This document shows, one piece after another, positions 26,491-26,681 of a DNA stretch of 26,681 bases (within the stretch, counting starts at the first letter, position 1; the number at the start of each line of letters is the position of its first letter). The position numbers and the translations under genes are program-made. Source of the stretch: a virus (Duplodnaviria; Heunggongvirae; Uroviricota; Caudoviricetes); the IMG/VR virus record IMGVR_UViG_2718217859_000002; one strand, 5' to 3'. The notes beneath the pieces are model-generated. The model worked only from the letters and a program-made list of their open reading frames with translations, searched no databases and was not told the origin of the DNA.

Positions 26491-26501
26491 AGGTGTAAAT
26501 C

Positions 26502-26681
26502 ATGACCATCACCGAAGCCGATATGCTGGAGATGATCCGCAGCATTGCCGAAATCAAACAACCAGCAAGCAAAATTAACAGGTGTTCAGCGCCTGTTTCC
26601 GTTGTGCTGCAACAGGAACGCCACCAGCAGGATGATGTGAGGCCGTATCAGTGGAAGAAACCGGACAGGCCGCGACGGTGA
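26502..26681 (+). CDS. hypothetical small protein (59 aa), ends at window edge
   Basis: AAGGTG SD upstream of ATG; hand-translated; stop TGA is the last codon of the window. Confidence 0.35.
   Translation: MTITEADMLEMIRSIAEIKQPASKINRCSAPVSVVLQQERHQQDDVRPYQWKKPDRPRR

Overview
Everything here is read by eye from the sequence and the ORF track; no searches were run, so family assignments are motif-level recollection. The window appears to hold two integrative mobile elements lying back to back, with divergent tyrosine integrase genes (12330..13550 minus; 13822..15036 plus) flanking a 22-nt stretch (13636..13657) that matches, from memory, the 3' end of tRNA-Gly(CCC). Element 1 (left, visibly AT-richer, about 1.9-13.6 kb) has a 1.6-kb ORF-free region dense in iteron and operator-like repeats, a helicase-like P-loop protein, a run of small ORFs, and a short structural module: a putative decoration-like protein, a 342-aa major-capsid-like protein and a 613-aa Gly-rich protein. 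No terminase, portal, protease or tail genes are visible, so it may be a capsid-encoding satellite-like element that borrows the rest from a helper; this is the most interesting candidate. Element 2 (right) looks like a P4/PICI-type satellite: integrase, an AT-rich cargo gene, AlpA, an antirepressor-like protein, a P4-family primase with a downstream iteron origin, then a ProQ/FinO-like protein, a PerC-like regulator, unknown proteins and a composite repeat array. The far left carries a Zn-ribbon/DUF4145-like gene pair and a small recombinase. No complete tRNA, rRNA or CRISPR array was seen.
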